Shown one piece after another: positions 62,378-64,000 of a DNA stretch of 64,000 nucleotides; positions within the stretch are counted from its first letter, which is position 1; every line of letters starts with the position of its first letter. Position numbers and translations under genes: made by a program. The notes beneath the pieces are model-generated. The model was not told the origin of the DNA. It ran no database searches and was given only the letters and a program-made list of their open reading frames with translations. The stretch comes from a virus (taxonomy: Duplodnaviria > Caudoviricetes), in the IMG/VR virus record IMGVR_UViG_3300013121_000017, positions 197,681 to 261,680 of that record. One strand, 5' to 3'.

Positions 62378-62579
62378 CATCCGGCAGCAACTTCACGACG
62401 AGATGGTTCGTGAGATGAACGCCGAGATCGACCGGGACACCATTCGCCGCTTCAACAACGGGGAAAGGCTGATCCGCACCGAGACGGGGCCACAGTGGGT
62501 CTACGTCGTAGACGAGAACAACCGGGTGATCGAAGACCCAGACAGGCTGAAGAGCCTGCTGGGTCACCTCATGTACTAG
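62349..62579 (+). CDS. Small protein with gp23-like 'E..AEIDR' helix (start uncertain)
   Basis: LHDEMVREMNAEIDRDTIRR. Confidence 0.5.
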   Translation: MDLEAQETNDIRQQLHDEMVREMNAEIDRDTIRRFNNGERLIRTETGPQWVYVVDENNRVIEDPDRLKSLLGHLMY

Positions 62580-62586
62580 GAGAAGA

Positions 62587-62841
62587 ATGAAGGCATACGT
62601 TGCGTTGACGGTCGCGAACGAGATCGACGGGCGGAATACCATCGTCCGGGCTGACAAAGCTGCTACGGATCGCACTGTATTAGAGGAGTGGTTGAGGACA
62701 CGTCAGATGACGTGGCGAGAAACCATCCGCACCGGCCCACAACCACAGCCTGGGTTGAACATGGGCATTCAGCCACAAGGTCAGGTCATGGATTGTCTAT
62801 GCCAGACCCACATCATCGAAATCGAAGTTGAAGGCATCTAA
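62587..62841 (+). CDS. Hypothetical protein
   Basis: SD AGGAG; 84 aa. Confidence 0.7.
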   Translation: MKAYVALTVANEIDGRNTIVRADKAATDRTVLEEWLRTRQMTWRETIRTGPQPQPGLNMGIQPQGQVMDCLCQTHIIEIEVEGI

Positions 62842-62849
62842 GGAGGCTC

Positions 62850-63275
62850 TTGGCTAATGAAAAGAACGTGCCGTCTCCTGATGCTCTTCGATCTGCGAGA
62901 TGGCGTGCTGCCAACAAAAACAAGGTCAAGGAGTACAAGAAGAAATATCGTAGCAAGCCTGACTATCCCCATGTGGTCCGGTGTGAAAGATTGAAGCGAA
63001 ACTACGGTATCACGCATGAGCAATACGAGAAGTTGCTTGAAAACCAAGAGGGCCGGTGTGCGATCTGTCGTACAACTGAGCCGGGCGGCAACAGACACAG
63101 TAGCCATTTCCATGTCGATCATGACCATCAGACTGGCGAAGTCAGAGGTCTGCTGTGTTGCGAGTGTAACCGAGGACTTGGGATTCTCGGCGACAACTTG
63201 GAAAACCTTGAACGTGTGATTTCCTATTTGACTAGGACTAAGGAGAAAGTTGACGCAGAAAACCCCGCCATTTAA
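62850..63275 (+). CDS. Endonuclease VII-family homing endonuclease
   Basis: YGIT.EQYE.LL..Q.GRCAIC..HVDHDHQTGEVRGLLC.ECNRGLG..GDN. Confidence 0.9.
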   Translation: MANEKNVPSPDALRSARWRAANKNKVKEYKKKYRSKPDYPHVVRCERLKRNYGITHEQYEKLLENQEGRCAICRTTEPGGNRHSSHFHVDHDHQTGEVRGLLCCECNRGLGILGDNLENLERVISYLTRTKEKVDAENPAI

Positions 63276-64000
63276 CCCCTTGGAAGGCGACAGACCTGAG
63301 ATCGTCCTGAACCTTCACGACGGTTCCGACGAGCAAGTCAGCATCGTGGTGGTTCACAAGGATCGCCCCGAGTATCTCAACATCTGCTTGCAGTCCATCG
63401 CGACGTGCAGCTACAACAACAACTACGAACTGATCGTCGTTGACAACAACTCGGGGAAGGACTCGCAGGACTACCTCGATGACATCAAGGATGACGTGAA
63501 GCTCATCCGCAACCCCACCAACATGTACTTCTCTGCGGCCTGTAACAAGGGCGCACAGGCGGCGGACAAGGGATCGAAGTACCTCGTCTTCATGCACTGC
63601 GATGTGGTCGTTCTCAACCCGGCATGGCTCGACCTCATGATCAACGTGAGTGAGTCGTCCAAGAGTGGGTTCGTCGGCCTGGAGCAGATGACATACTATC
63701 TCGCCAACCAGCGAGTGGACTTCGTTCAGGAGTGGTGTCTCCTGATGACGAAGGAATGTTTCAAGGACGTTGGCCCGTGGCCGGAAGACCTACCGCAGAT
63801 CGGCCACAGCTTTGTCATGACGGTGAAGGCAAACCAGAAGGGCTACAAGCCCCAGGTCATGAAGACGCCTGTGTGTCACCATTACAAGGCGTTCAGTCTC
63901 GACATCAATGAGTACGAGAGGATGACCGAGAAGGCCATGACTACTATTCCGCGACTGATTCAGGCGGCGCAAAGCGTACCAGTGGGGAGAAAATACCTAC
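63250..64000 (+). CDS. Glycosyltransferase family 2 (runs off the window end)
   Basis: SD AGGAG + TTG; VSIVVVHKDRPEYLNICLQSI..ELIVVDNNS..FSAACNKG..VFMHCDV; no stop before 64000. Confidence 0.85.
   Translation, partial: MTQKTPPFNPLEGDRPEIVLNLHDGSDEQVSIVVVHKDRPEYLNICLQSIATCSYNNNYELIVVDNNSGKDSQDYLDDIKDDVKLIRNPTNMYFSAACNKGAQAADKGSKYLVFMHCDVVVLNPAWLDLMINVSESSKSGFVGLEQMTYYLANQRVDFVQEWCLLMTKECFKDVGPWPEDLPQIGHSFVMTVKANQKGYKPQVMKTPVCHHYKAFSLDINEYERMTEKAMTTIPRLIQAAQSVPVGRKYL

Noticed and set aside
1-64000. Stop-codon reassignment as seen in some huge phages
   Set aside because: Conserved genes are full-length under code 11, and TAA, TAG and TGA all terminate recognisable genes (e.g. thyX TAG, dut TGA, prkA TAA).
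1-64000. Bacterial chromosome origin
   Set aside because: Host-like genes are isolated from their usual operons (infC without rpmI/rplT, GroES-like without groEL, dnaJ without dnaK) and mixed with virion genes, T4 late motifs and homing endonucleases. A final call needs the rest of the contig.

Overview
This 64-kb window looks like part of a large ('jumbo/huge') T4-superfamily-like dsDNA phage genome. It is densely coding, read in the standard genetic code, with many short orphan ORFs. Phage markers include a T4 gp4-like head-completion nuclease, a gp19-like tail-tube paralog, a BppU-like baseplate domain, T4-type late-promoter motifs (TATAAATA/TAnATA) and several HNH/EndoVII/GIY-YIG endonucleases. 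The probable host is a planctomycete. This is an inference from the signal-peptide, Pro-rich, c-type cytochrome and low-complexity proteins at 15.6-21.3 kb. Host-like cargo covers: (i) replication and nucleotide metabolism (DnaE split into two genes, Ski2/Hel308 helicase, ThyX, dUTPase, dNMP kinase); (ii) translation and ribosome rescue (tmRNA lacking encoded CCA, CCA-adding enzyme, bS21, IF3, peptide deformylase); (iii) proteostasis (Hsp20, DnaJ, GroES-like, ClpP-like, AAA ATPase); (iv) a complete PrkA-YeaH-SpoVR module; (v) ADP-heptose synthase HldE with GT9-like and GT2 glycosyltransferases; (vi) a TPP keto-acid decarboxylase, aldehyde dehydrogenase and IscA. Less obvious patterns are: about 10 proteins, including the CCA enzyme, sharing a T4-like capsid-targeting N-terminus; late promoters placed 5-9 nt from start codons (leaderless mRNAs); a probable programmed -1 frameshift at 50065-50106; hairpins sequestering homing-endonuclease starts; a free-standing structured ncRNA at about 21420-21594; degenerate fragments resembling portal, capsid and tail-tube proteins; and a six-gene late secreted/cytochrome/papain-protease/amyloid-like operon. 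All family calls come from motif recognition by eye; no database searches were run.
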